From Patescibacteria group bacterium (GTDB lineage Bacteria > Patescibacteriota > Minisyncoccia > Phycocordibacterales > CSBR16-119): a stretch of DNA of 64,000 nt. A program made the translations under genes and the position numbers. Within the stretch, counting starts at the first letter, position 1; each line of letters begins with the position of its first letter. The stretch is from contig JBPOJJ010000001.1 of NCBI GenBank assembly GCA_052033715.1, positions 1,331 through 65,330 on the forward strand. The letters are read 5' to 3'. Positions 27,698-36,952 of this stretch are shown piece by piece. Below the pieces are notes generated by a model, which worked only from the letters and a program-made list of their open reading frames with translations, did no database searches and was not told the origin of the DNA.

Positions 27698-28720
27698 TTA
27701 GTCGACCCAGATAGGCTCGCGTTCCAATTTTATACCGAATTTCTCTTCTATAATAGAGACGATTTTTTTCTGGGCCTCCAAAACATCCTCGGCATTAGCG
27801 CCACCCTTGTTTATCAAAACCAATGCATTGTTCTGGTAAGTTCCAACTTTGCCGAAGTCTCCGCCCCTGAGACCCGCAGTTTCTATAAGCCATCCGGCTG
27901 GGATTTTGAAATCTGCTCCTGATTCAAAATATTTTATATTTGTAAATTCGGATTTTAATTTTTCAAAAACATTTCTTGAGACAATTGCATTCTTGAAAAA
28001 TGATCCGACGTTTGGGATTAATCTAGGGTCTGGAAGTTTGTTCGCTCGGATTTCAATAATGACTTGGCGGAGGTCAGAAAGTTTTGGATTTGAAATACTT
28101 TTTTCCGCTAACTTTTCTGCGACACCGGGATAGTTCGGCACGACAACATCTTTGTTTTTGGATAATTTAAAAACGACTTCGAGCACAATAAATTTTCCGA
28201 GAAACTTTTTGAAGATACTGTCGCGATACGAGAATTCGCAATCCGAATTTGATACAGTTTCAAAATCCTCTTTCTCTGTGTCGTAAACTAAGACTGACTC
28301 AATGGTGTTGCCGACCTCTGCACCATACGCGCCGATATTTTGAATTGGCGCGCCACCAACGGTTCCAGGAATTGCCGACAAGGCTTCAATGCCGCCAAAT
28401 CCACGTTCGACACAAAATCCCACAAATTCGTCCCAATTCTCTCCCGCCCCAACAGAAATCAAAACTTGTGAATCGTCTTCGCTCAAAATCTCTCGCCCAA
28501 GAATTTCATTTTTAATTACGAGTAAGTTTAAATCGCTATCCGAAACGATAATGTTCGATCCGCCGCCCAAAATAAAAATTGGCAAGGATTTTTCTTTGGC
28601 AAGCTTAACCAATTCAGAAATTTCTGATTTATTTTTTAGCCTGACAAAAAATTTAGCCTTGCCGCCGACTTTAAAAGTCGTATAATTTTTTAGTTCGATG
28701 TTCTCTAAAATTTCGGCCAT
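27698..28720 (-). CDS. murB: UDP-N-acetylenolpyruvoylglucosamine reductase
   Basis: 340 aa. Has an FAD-binding domain (NYTTFKVGGKAKFF...ILGGGSNI) and a MurB C-domain. Confidence 0.85.
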   Translation of the reverse strand: MAEILENIELKNYTTFKVGGKAKFFVRLKNKSEISELVKLAKEKSLPIFILGGGSNIIVSDSDLNLLVIKNEILGREILSEDDSQVLISVGAGENWDEFVGFCVERGFGGIEALSAIPGTVGGAPIQNIGAYGAEVGNTIESVLVYDTEKEDFETVSNSDCEFSYRDSIFKKFLGKFIVLEVVFKLSKNKDVVVPNYPGVAEKLAEKSISNPKLSDLRQVIIEIRANKLPDPRLIPNVGSFFKNAIVSRNVFEKLKSEFTNIKYFESGADFKIPAGWLIETAGLRGGDFGKVGTYQNNALVLINKGGANAEDVLEAQKKIVSIIEEKFGIKLEREPIWVD

Positions 28721-28721
28721 G

Positions 28722-30041
28722 TTACAAAGCTTCTATATGAGCGCCAATAGATCGGAGTCTCTCAACAATATTTTCGTAGCCGCGATTTATCTGATGCGCG
28801 TTTTGAATCACACTCGTACCGTTGGCAGAAAGCGCGGCAATTAGAAGTGCCATTCCCGCGCGAATATCCGGCGATGCCATCTCAACACCAACCAATGTTC
28901 GATTTCGGTTATTACCGACAACGGTGACTTCCTGATGATGTGACATGACAATTTCTGCACCCATGGTGTTTAAGACGTCGCAGAAGAGAAGTCGTCGATC
29001 AAACATTCGCTGACGGATAGTGACCATGCCTTTGGCATAAACACAAAGCATAATTAAACTACTGATGTGATCTGGCGAAAGTCCCGGCCATTTGTCATCG
29101 TAAATTATTCGGATATTTTTTCCAGCAGTTTTTGGTTTTTGGATTTCATACTCTTTGTGTTCGGGCACAAAAAATCCTTCTTCTCGCTCTTCGATGCAGA
29201 CACCGAGCTTTTTCAAAACGATACTTGTAATTTCGCCAATGTGTTCTCTCTTGGCACCTTCGATAAAAATTCCTTCCCCGCAGACAACTCCAAGCACGAT
29301 CAGGCTCACAATCTCGAGCATGTCGGGAAGTAGCGTATGATTTGCACCATTTAATTTCTCGACTGACTCAATGACGACCAGATTTGTACCCGCGCCGGAA
29401 ATCTTGGCGCCCATGCTGTTGAGCATTTTGCAAAGTTGCTGGATGTAAGTTTCGCAACCAGCGTTATAAATTTCCAGAACGTGTGGAGATTCTTTTTCCA
29501 AAACCGCTGACAAGATGGCGTTGGCGGTTCCAGTAACCGAAGCTTCGCTTAGGGTAATTCTTTTAGAGACAATATTTTTCAAGACGAGTTCCTGGAAGTC
29601 ACCTTTTACTTCGACACCTGCGCCAATGTCCACAAAGGCTTTGACGTGAGCCGTAATTGGGCGAATTCCGATTTTGTCACCACCCGGCTGCTGAATAATA
29701 CTTTTGCCAAATCGTCCGAGCATCGCGCCAGCGACGAGCAGCGATCCACGAAGTTTGGAGAAAAGTTTGGAAAACTCTTCAGTCTTCATTTTCTCGACAT
29801 CGATTCGACTCGCATTCAATTTGTACGAACCATGAGAAAGCTTAGTAACCTCGACTCCCAGAATTTTTAGAATTTCAAAAAGATTCAAGATGTCTAAAAC
29901 TTCTGGAATATTTTCGATCACCACGTCTTCGTCGGTTAGAAGCGCCGCAGCAATAACCTGAAAAGCCTCGTTTTTCGAGCCTTGTGGTCTTATCGAACCC
30001 TTTAATTTTTGCCCTCCGACAATCTTGAAAGTATCGCTCAT
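28722..30041 (-). CDS. murA: UDP-N-acetylglucosamine 1-carboxyvinyltransferase
   Basis: 439 aa. EPSP-synthase fold. N-terminus MSDTFKIVGGQKLKGSIRPQGSKNEA is the MurA pattern. Confidence 0.9.
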   Translation of the reverse strand: MSDTFKIVGGQKLKGSIRPQGSKNEAFQVIAAALLTDEDVVIENIPEVLDILNLFEILKILGVEVTKLSHGSYKLNASRIDVEKMKTEEFSKLFSKLRGSLLVAGAMLGRFGKSIIQQPGGDKIGIRPITAHVKAFVDIGAGVEVKGDFQELVLKNIVSKRITLSEASVTGTANAILSAVLEKESPHVLEIYNAGCETYIQQLCKMLNSMGAKISGAGTNLVVIESVEKLNGANHTLLPDMLEIVSLIVLGVVCGEGIFIEGAKREHIGEITSIVLKKLGVCIEEREEGFFVPEHKEYEIQKPKTAGKNIRIIYDDKWPGLSPDHISSLIMLCVYAKGMVTIRQRMFDRRLLFCDVLNTMGAEIVMSHHQEVTVVGNNRNRTLVGVEMASPDIRAGMALLIAALSANGTSVIQNAHQINRGYENIVERLRSIGAHIEAL

Positions 30042-30100
30042 ATTTACGCATCTATATTACCCTTTTCGCCTCTATTTTCCAATAATGTTAATATTTGATT

Positions 30101-32008
30101 ATGAAACTCGTCGAAGTAAGTCCAATCTCTGGAAAAGTCCAAAAAGATACTTTGACTTATTTTTCGGCCAAAGATATTTCTGTTGGCGACGTTGTCACTA
30201 TCGAAGTCCGAAAATCCAAATACGATGCGCTGGTCGTTGGCATAAGCGATGTCGAAGATTTGAAACAAGAGATCAAAACCGCAACATTTGGTTTCAAAAA
30301 AATTGAGAGCCTGAAAGGCCCCTCAAAATTTTCAAAAGAATTTTTCAAAAGCTGCCAAGAAACCCGCGAATTCTTCGTCGGCAATCTGGGGGCTATTGTA
30401 AACTTTTTCTTACCGACAGAACTTTTGGACAATTATGGAGAGATTGGGAAACCCTGTGCGAGAATAAAAAACGTCGATGGAGAATTTTCGGCGCTTCAGA
30501 AAAAAGAATCAGAAAGAATAGAATTTTATAAAAAATATATTTGTGAAATGTTTGCTAAAAACAAATCTGTCCAAATAATTTTACCGACTGTCTCGAAAGT
30601 CAGAAAGTTCCATGAATTATTGATATCCGATTTCGACCTGCCTGCGCAGTCAGGTAATATTTTTATCTTTCATGGCAAAGGAAAAAACATTCTAGAAAAA
30701 TACAATTCCCTGCTCGCCGAGAAAAATCCAACATTGATTATTTCCACACCGTCATTCCTCTTCATCCCTCGTCATGATTTGGGCGCAATCGTCGTTGAAC
30801 ACGAATCATCGTCTGCTTACCGCACGCTCAAAAAACCTTATTTCGATATCCGGACATTTGCGGTGACGCTTGCGCGCAATCTGAAAACAAATTTGATATT
30901 CGCCGATGAATTTCTTTCGGCCGAAACAATAGCCAAAATTCAAGACAAAAAAACCCTAGATTTTGATTTGGGTGCCAAAGTTCCAAAAATTGTCGACATG
31001 ACGGACAAAGAAAATCTTTACAAAAAAAGTTTTGTCTTCTCGAACGATGCCGTAGAAATTTTGAAAAAAGATTCACGGGTTTTTCTATTCGCTTTACGCA
31101 AAGGCTTGGCCACCCAGGTCGTCTGTCATGATTGTGGACAAATGCTCAAGGACGGCGACGCTCCCCTAGTGCTTTTTGAACGCGACGGCAAAAGGATTTT
31201 GAAAAACGCTTTCACGAGCAAGGTTGTCGAGAGTCTACGCTGCAGCAATTGCGGGAGTTGGAACTTTGATTCGCTCGGTATCGGCACCGACACTGTTGTC
31301 GCCGAGATCAAAAAACTTTTCCCTGCCCGAAATGCTGCACATAACGCTGCAGGCGGGCCGAAGCGAAAAGTTTTGCAAATCGACAAAGAAATAACCAAAA
31401 GCGAAAGCGCGGCCAAAAAAGTCGCCACGGAGTTTTACGAAAATGAAAATGCGATCTTGGTCGGAACCGAAATGGCAATTCCTTATCTCATGGAAAAAAT
31501 AGATTCGTCTATTATTGTGTCGATGGATTCGATTCTCCATATTCCAAGTTACAAATCATACGAGCGCATGTTGCATTTGTCATTCGCCATCGGCAACGCG
31601 ACTAAAGAGAATTTCCTAATCCAAACACGCGACACCGAGAATCCCGTTATGAGTGCGCTGGCCACGAAAAATTTAAAAGATTTTTACAAAAATGAAATCG
31701 TCCGTCGCGAAACCTTTGGTTATCCTCCGTTTATGACGGTCTTGAAACTCACCCACACGTCACGCAAAGATGATTTCGAAAATATCCGCGAGTTGGCAGA
31801 AATCGCTCTGGTCAAATACGAACCGAACACTCGCCGCAAGAAGCTCGGCAAATTCTTCGTCACCACAATCGTCCTGCGACTTCCTCACGACAACTGGAAC
31901 GCCGGGACCCTAAAACAAGGAGTCTCTATCGACAAAAATCTCTATCAAGTCCTCGCCTCTCTGGGACCCGATTGGCAAATCCGCATAAATCCAGAGAATC
32001 TTTTCTAG
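30101..32008 (+). CDS. priA: Primosomal protein N' (PriA)-like, with degenerate helicase motifs
   Basis: Start taken at ATG 30101 (the track start 30095 is TTG). Has the PriA Cys4 zinc-binding insert (CHDCG...CSNCGS) and the C-terminal GYPPF signature. The Walker A position reads IILPTVSKV instead of GxTGSGKT. The DEEH box reads VVEHESS. Confidence 0.7.
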   Translation: MKLVEVSPISGKVQKDTLTYFSAKDISVGDVVTIEVRKSKYDALVVGISDVEDLKQEIKTATFGFKKIESLKGPSKFSKEFFKSCQETREFFVGNLGAIVNFFLPTELLDNYGEIGKPCARIKNVDGEFSALQKKESERIEFYKKYICEMFAKNKSVQIILPTVSKVRKFHELLISDFDLPAQSGNIFIFHGKGKNILEKYNSLLAEKNPTLIISTPSFLFIPRHDLGAIVVEHESSSAYRTLKKPYFDIRTFAVTLARNLKTNLIFADEFLSAETIAKIQDKKTLDFDLGAKVPKIVDMTDKENLYKKSFVFSNDAVEILKKDSRVFLFALRKGLATQVVCHDCGQMLKDGDAPLVLFERDGKRILKNAFTSKVVESLRCSNCGSWNFDSLGIGTDTVVAEIKKLFPARNAAHNAAGGPKRKVLQIDKEITKSESAAKKVATEFYENENAILVGTEMAIPYLMEKIDSSIIVSMDSILHIPSYKSYERMLHLSFAIGNATKENFLIQTRDTENPVMSALATKNLKDFYKNEIVRRETFGYPPFMTVLKLTHTSRKDDFENIRELAEIALVKYEPNTRRKKLGKFFVTTIVLRLPHDNWNAGTLKQGVSIDKNLYQVLASLGPDWQIRINPENLF

Positions 32009-32069
32009 TTTGACACATTTCACCTCCAAGAGTATGTTTTAAAACGGAGACACAAAAACACTCCGTACC

Positions 32070-33158
32070 ATGACAACCTTACAAACGAAGGAGACATCCT
32101 TCAAGGATTTGGTGACGAAGGCCGACAGGCTTGAGTTGCCCCCAGTTCAACTCGTTGATCTTTTCGACTACGTTGCACCTCCGAGCAAAGGAGAGCTCGT
32201 CGCGATACTGAACGAAAGAAGCATCGCGGGAAAATGGTCTATATACAACGCCCTTAAAAAGGCCAAAGATGGACGAACGGACCATGAACACTCTTTGGCC
32301 GTGATCCTGTGGCATATTGAAGCTGCTATCGAGGCTGCCCATCTTGCCACAGATGACATCAACGAACTGATCACTCTGGAAAAGGCCTGCGACCGAGGGT
32401 TTGCGGTTCTTCAGAAGATCCAAGAGAAGATCAGATCTGAACACCGCAAGCAAGTGTCGCTCGCCGATTCGGATCGGTTGCTCAAGATCGAATATGAAGC
32501 GCGTGAACGCAAGGATAGCGAGCTTCAAACTCTGGTAAAGCAGGCACTGGAACGGATCGCCAAAGATCGAATCGCCAAGAGCACGCGCGATACTGAACTT
32601 TTGACGATCCTGGGGTGGCCGATCAACAAGGAAACCCTGACAGCTGCACACACAGCTGCGGTGGTTCTCTGTAACGACGAGGTTGGGCTTCGAAGCCTTG
32701 GACTATCCCGAGACCTTGATCGAATCGCCTGGATGCATCCGCTCAGCAAATTGGCTTCGCAGACCGAAAGCGAAGCAACGCTCCGCTCAATCATCGACGA
32801 CCCATTCGACGAAAGTCCGCAGGATAATTACAAGCCTCGGACCAAGGCCATGGAAAAGGTGATGCGGGGCATGGGAAGTGTCAAAGACAAGTACCAAGAA
32901 CTCGAGACCTGGTTCTGGCTAGGCAAGCGAAGCGTTCGTGCGGCTGAACCGAACTGGGTCAGGAGATCTGTCGCTGCCGCCGTGATCCATCTACTCAACC
33001 GAGTCAGGACTGAGCCAGATCCGGAGTTCGTGAGGAGAGTGCTTGAAAAGATCCGTGAAGACCAAGACGAGAGCCCGATCAATCACGGTCACTATCAGGA
33101 AGCGAGGACTATGGCCATCGGCCTCCTCTACGATTGGCTAGAGCCGATTGAAGCCTGA
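32070..33158 (+). CDS. Hypothetical all-alpha protein (GC-elevated cassette)
   Basis: 362 aa with no recognisable family. GC is ~55%. Followed by a strong 12-bp-stem terminator. Inserted between priA and rpsU. Confidence 0.5.
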   Translation: MTTLQTKETSFKDLVTKADRLELPPVQLVDLFDYVAPPSKGELVAILNERSIAGKWSIYNALKKAKDGRTDHEHSLAVILWHIEAAIEAAHLATDDINELITLEKACDRGFAVLQKIQEKIRSEHRKQVSLADSDRLLKIEYEARERKDSELQTLVKQALERIAKDRIAKSTRDTELLTILGWPINKETLTAAHTAAVVLCNDEVGLRSLGLSRDLDRIAWMHPLSKLASQTESEATLRSIIDDPFDESPQDNYKPRTKAMEKVMRGMGSVKDKYQELETWFWLGKRSVRAAEPNWVRRSVAAAVIHLLNRVRTEPDPEFVRRVLEKIREDQDESPINHGHYQEARTMAIGLLYDWLEPIEA

Positions 33159-33178
33159 GCCCAGCACCTAACGCCGGA

Positions 33179-33210
33179 AGCCGGCGGGTCCTTGACCCGC
33201 CGGCTTTTTG
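33179..33210 (+). terminator. Strong rho-independent terminator (12-bp perfect stem)
   Basis: AGCCGGCGGGTCcttGACCCGCCGGCTtttt. Confidence 0.6.
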
Positions 33211-33266
33211 CTTTCATCGCCATGATATTGCGTATTTTTCGAGCCTGTGTTAAAGTTTCCTAACTT

Positions 33267-33494
33267 ATGGCAAGAACAGTAATCGAAATAAAGAAAAACG
33301 GATCCGAATCGAGCGCCTCAGTTATGCGCCGATTTTCGAAGCGCGTACGCGAGTCTGGTATCATCCGACATGTCAAAGATGGTCGCTATGCCAAGCGCTC
33401 AACTTCAGCTTACGTTATGAAGAAAAATGCTTTGAAAAGAATGGAAAAGAGAAACGAATACGCCAAACTCAAAAAGCTCGGCAAAATCGCTTAA
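33267..33494 (+). CDS. rpsU: 30S ribosomal protein S21
   Basis: 75 aa: MARTVIEIKKNG...VMRRFSKRVRESGIIRHVKDGRYAKRSTSAYVMKK... It is S21-like and basic. Confidence 0.8.
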   Translation: MARTVIEIKKNGSESSASVMRRFSKRVRESGIIRHVKDGRYAKRSTSAYVMKKNALKRMEKRNEYAKLKKLGKIA

Positions 33495-33889
33495 TGCAAA
33501 ATCTCGAAGCTAAAAATTTAAATGTATCAATGACGACAAAAGGTGCTCTCCCAAGAGTGCCTTTTGCGCTTCTTAAGTATGAAATCCTCGGTGATAAATA
33601 CGAACTTTCTATTTCTTTCGTCTCTCCCGGCGAAATCAAGAAATTGAGTGTAGCCTACAAAGGCGATGACACGCACAAAAACATTTTGAGTTTTCCTCTA
33701 AGCAATGTATCAGGAGAAATCATCTTGAATCTCGCCGAGGTCAAAAAGGAGGCGCCCCGTTTTGATCGAAATTTCCAAAATCACCTTATTTTTCTAGTTA
33801 TCCACGGCATGCTTCATTTGGCCGGACACACACATGGTAGTAAAATGGAATCTCAGGAAAAACTCTACATGTCAAAATTCACAAAGTAG
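33494..33889 (+). CDS. ybeY: Endoribonuclease YbeY (rRNA maturation factor)
   Basis: 131 aa. Carries the HGMLHLAGHTH zinc motif (H3xH5xH). Confidence 0.75.
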   Translation: MQNLEAKNLNVSMTTKGALPRVPFALLKYEILGDKYELSISFVSPGEIKKLSVAYKGDDTHKNILSFPLSNVSGEIILNLAEVKKEAPRFDRNFQNHLIFLVIHGMLHLAGHTHGSKMESQEKLYMSKFTK

Positions 33890-33906
33890 TTTTTCACTGA
33901 ATTTTT

Positions 33907-35067
33907 ATGGCGAAAAACGTAACCGTCGGAATTGACGTTGGCAGTTCGACGACCAAAGTCATGGTCGTGGAGCACACCAATGACAAGACTGTCAAAAATT
34001 CAAGAATTATCGGCACAGGCATAGCCGATACCCGAGGCCTCAAAAAAGGTTTTGTTTTTGATCAGAAAGAATTGGTCAAGTCCATCGCCTCGGCCGTCCA
34101 CGACGCCGAGATAAGTTCTGGAATCAAAATCCGCCAAGCGACCATTGCTATCGGCGGCACCACACTCGAATCCAAAGTCGCGCGTGGCGGAGCTATCATT
34201 TCTCGAGCCGACAACGAAGTCACCAGACTCGATGTCGAGAAAGCCATCAAAGATGCCGAGCAAAGTTTGAAGAATTTAAATAAACACACAATCGAAACTT
34301 TGCCGGTCATTTACAAACTCGACGGCAAAGAATTTTTTGGTAAAGTCGAAGGCTTGCGCGGCGTGCGATTAGAGATCACCACGCTTTTCATAAATTGCGC
34401 CAATCAACATCTCGAGGATTTAGTCGGCGCCATCAACGCCGCGGGAATCGATGTCGTGGATGTCATTGCTCATCCTGTCGCCGCTGCCAACGTCGCTCTA
34501 GATGATCGCCAGAAAACCGCCGGCTGTATCCTCATAGACATTGGTGATGAAACGACTTCAGTTATCGTCTTTGAAGACGGCAACATTATCTCAGCGCGCG
34601 TATTCCCTATCGGGTCAAACAACATCACCAACGATTTGGCTTTGGGACTGAAAATTTCACTCGATGACGCCGAAGGAATCAAGCTTGGCAAAACCGCAAC
34701 CGATATTCCACAGAGAAAAATCGACGACATCATCAACTCTCGTATCAATGAAATCTTTGACGTTATCCAAAAGTTTCTAAAGAAAATTAATCGCGACGAG
34801 AGACTTCCGGCTGGAGCTGTCATCATCGGAGGTGCAGCCAATGTAAAAGGCATCGAAGAAATTTCTAAAAAGACTCTCGGCCTGCCGTCAAAAATTCATG
34901 GTTTGAAAAATAAAAACGGAATTGATCCAACTTGGTTCGGCGCTTATGGACTCTGCATGTTCGGAAATGACAATCAGAAAGACAATAGCTATCCAAACTT
35001 CTTCTCACAAATAATCCACTCGATCAAAAAATTCGGCAGCGGCATCGGAAAGCAGTTAATGCCGTAA
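33907..35067 (+). CDS. ftsA: Cell division protein FtsA
   Basis: 386 aa. Actin-fold motifs (VGIDVGSSTTKVMVVE; ...ILIDIGDETTSVIVFEDG; VIIGGAANVKGIEE). Immediately upstream of ftsZ. Confidence 0.85.
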   Translation: MAKNVTVGIDVGSSTTKVMVVEHTNDKTVKNSRIIGTGIADTRGLKKGFVFDQKELVKSIASAVHDAEISSGIKIRQATIAIGGTTLESKVARGGAIISRADNEVTRLDVEKAIKDAEQSLKNLNKHTIETLPVIYKLDGKEFFGKVEGLRGVRLEITTLFINCANQHLEDLVGAINAAGIDVVDVIAHPVAAANVALDDRQKTAGCILIDIGDETTSVIVFEDGNIISARVFPIGSNNITNDLALGLKISLDDAEGIKLGKTATDIPQRKIDDIINSRINEIFDVIQKFLKKINRDERLPAGAVIIGGAANVKGIEEISKKTLGLPSKIHGLKNKNGIDPTWFGAYGLCMFGNDNQKDNSYPNFFSQIIHSIKKFGSGIGKQLMP

Positions 35068-35187
35068 AATTTCTCTTGAAAAACAACATTTTAGGCTGAT
35101 TTGTCAATCTTTTTCCCTCCTTTGACATTCCCTAGATTCTGGTAATATACTGTCTTACAGGTTACTAAATTTTAAACTAATTTTTAT

Positions 35188-36387
35188 ATGGCCAAACTAA
35201 ATCCAGACATCGAAACTTTCGCACGAATAAAGGTTATTGGCGTTGGCGGATCAGGCAAAAACGCTATCAACCACATGATCGGTTCCAAAGTAAACGGCGT
35301 GGAATTTATCGTTATGAACACCGATGTCCAGGATCTCCACAAATCTCTCGCTGACAAGAAAATCAATCTAGGAAAAAATCTTACCAAAGGCTTGGGCGCC
35401 GGCATGAATCCAGAAGTTGGTAAGCGCGCAGCCGAAGAAACCAAAGCCGAAATCCAAGACGTCATCAAGGGCGCAGACTTGGTCTTTATCGCTTGCGGAA
35501 TGGGTGGCGGAACAGGCACAGGCGCTGCGCCAATCGTTGCTCGCGCTTCCAAAGAGCAAGGCATCCTCACCGTCGCCGTTGTCACACGACCATTTTCTTT
35601 CGAAGGAGCCAATCGTATGCGACTTGCAGAAATGGGAATCAAAGAACTTGAAAAAGAAGTCGACGCCATCGTCATCATCCCGAACGACAGACTTCTCGCA
35701 ATTTCCGACAAAGAAACAACTTTCAAAGACGCCTTCGCAATGTGCGACGAAGTTCTCCGTCAAGCGGTCGAAGGGATTACCGATCTCATCACCACGCCAG
35801 GAATCATCAACGTCGACTTCGCCGACATCCGCGCCATCATGTTTGATGCTGGATCCGCACTTATGGGAATTGGCCGAGCATCAGGCGACAACCGCGCCGA
35901 AGAAGCAGCACTTCGAGCCATCAACTCTCCACTTCTCGAAATCTCAATCAATGGCGCCAAAGGAGTCCTCTTCTCTATCGCTGGTAACGAAGACTTGGGA
36001 ATTCAGGAAGTTCAGACTGCGGCGAAAATTATTACCGAATCAATCGACCCTGATGCCAAAGTCATCTTCGGTACGACTCGCGACGAGAAACTCAAGAAAG
36101 GCGAAATTCGAATTACTGTCATCGCAACAGGCTTCCCAACCGACTCTCCACGTAAATCTCTTTTCCAAACTCAGGCCGACATGACAATCCAAAAAGCAGC
36201 CGAACTTCCAGACAAAGAAAAGAAAGCCAACAAAAAATCAGAAGTCGTAGAAACAATCGATGATGATTTCATTCCGACAAGTCCAAAGAAAGATTCGATT
36301 GAAATAATCGACGACGCGTTCTCAGATGATTCAAAAGAAGACGATGATTGGAGTGCGGTGCCAAGTTTCCTACGAAGAAAGAAGTAG
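35188..36387 (+). CDS. ftsZ: Cell division GTPase FtsZ
   Basis: 399 aa. Tubulin signature GGGTGTGAAPIVA, T7 loop NVDFADIRAIM, and an acidic C-terminal linker. Confidence 0.9.
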   Translation: MAKLNPDIETFARIKVIGVGGSGKNAINHMIGSKVNGVEFIVMNTDVQDLHKSLADKKINLGKNLTKGLGAGMNPEVGKRAAEETKAEIQDVIKGADLVFIACGMGGGTGTGAAPIVARASKEQGILTVAVVTRPFSFEGANRMRLAEMGIKELEKEVDAIVIIPNDRLLAISDKETTFKDAFAMCDEVLRQAVEGITDLITTPGIINVDFADIRAIMFDAGSALMGIGRASGDNRAEEAALRAINSPLLEISINGAKGVLFSIAGNEDLGIQEVQTAAKIITESIDPDAKVIFGTTRDEKLKKGEIRITVIATGFPTDSPRKSLFQTQADMTIQKAAELPDKEKKANKKSEVVETIDDDFIPTSPKKDSIEIIDDAFSDDSKEDDDWSAVPSFLRRKK

Positions 36388-36498
36388 GTATTAGGCTACA
36401 GGCGTTAGGCACTAGTAGCAGAAAATCCGTCCAAAAGACGGATTTTCTGCTACTCAAAATTTTTAATCGTGGTACTATAAAAACAAACCCTATTCCTC

Positions 36499-36789
36499 AT
36501 GAAGAAGATCAAAGCCTTCCCGCTCGTTGTGATCGCTATCATCATCCTTGTTTTGTGCAACAATGTCGACGAGGGTACCTCTACCGTCAATACGGTATAC
36601 CACGCCCCGCTCCCTATTGCCCCACACCCTTCGAGGCCAAATTTGGCCCACAGACCGAAAGTCGGAGATATGGGCCTCACCTTTGGTTTGACGATCAACA
36701 ATGCATCGTTCGGCGACACAGCATCGACCTCCAGGAAGACGTCGGTCTGGGATGAACTAGACAAGCGGCGAAAGCTGCTACCGAATTGA
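36499..36789 (+). CDS. Small secreted hypothetical protein (signal peptide), GC-elevated
   Basis: 96 aa: MKKIKAFPLVVIAIIILVLCNN... Pro/Ala-rich. Overlapping alternative ORFs 36348..36755 and 36450..36851 mean the coding call is uncertain. Confidence 0.35.
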   Translation: MKKIKAFPLVVIAIIILVLCNNVDEGTSTVNTVYHAPLPIAPHPSRPNLAHRPKVGDMGLTFGLTINNASFGDTASTSRKTSVWDELDKRRKLLPN

Positions 36790-36806
36790 TCATATGCTCT
36801 TTTTGA

Positions 36807-36840
36807 GAACCCCGCCCACAAAGCGGGGTTCTTCATTTGT
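36807..36840 (+). terminator. Rho-independent terminator
   Basis: GAACCCCGCccacaaaGCGGGGTTCttcatttgt. Confidence 0.5.
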
Positions 36841-36907
36841 CCCACACCCATATTTTTATGGTCGTAGACATTACAGACTTTGTCTGTGATAAAAATATAG
36901 GTGTGGG
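36841..36907. repeat. 19-bp inverted repeat (1 mismatch) enclosing a nested 6-bp hairpin, directly upstream of the trxB promoter; shares the GTGTGGGGGTT motif with 53244..53257
   Basis: cccacacccatatttttat...acagactttgtctgt...ataaaaatataggtgtggg. Confidence 0.45.
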
Positions 36908-36913
36908 GGTTTG

Positions 36914-36922
36914 TGATATAAT
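36914..36922 (+). promoter_or_regulatory. Extended -10 promoter element (TGaTATAAT) for trxB
   Basis: tgtGATATAATc lies 31 nt upstream of the trxB ATG. Confidence 0.35.
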
Positions 36923-36952
36923 CTACAAACTACAAATTTAAAATAAGAATTT

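Noticed and set aside
30095-30100. TTG start of the priA ORF given by the track
   Set aside because: An in-frame ATG follows 6 nt downstream (30101). The ATG is preferred, but the choice does not change the call.
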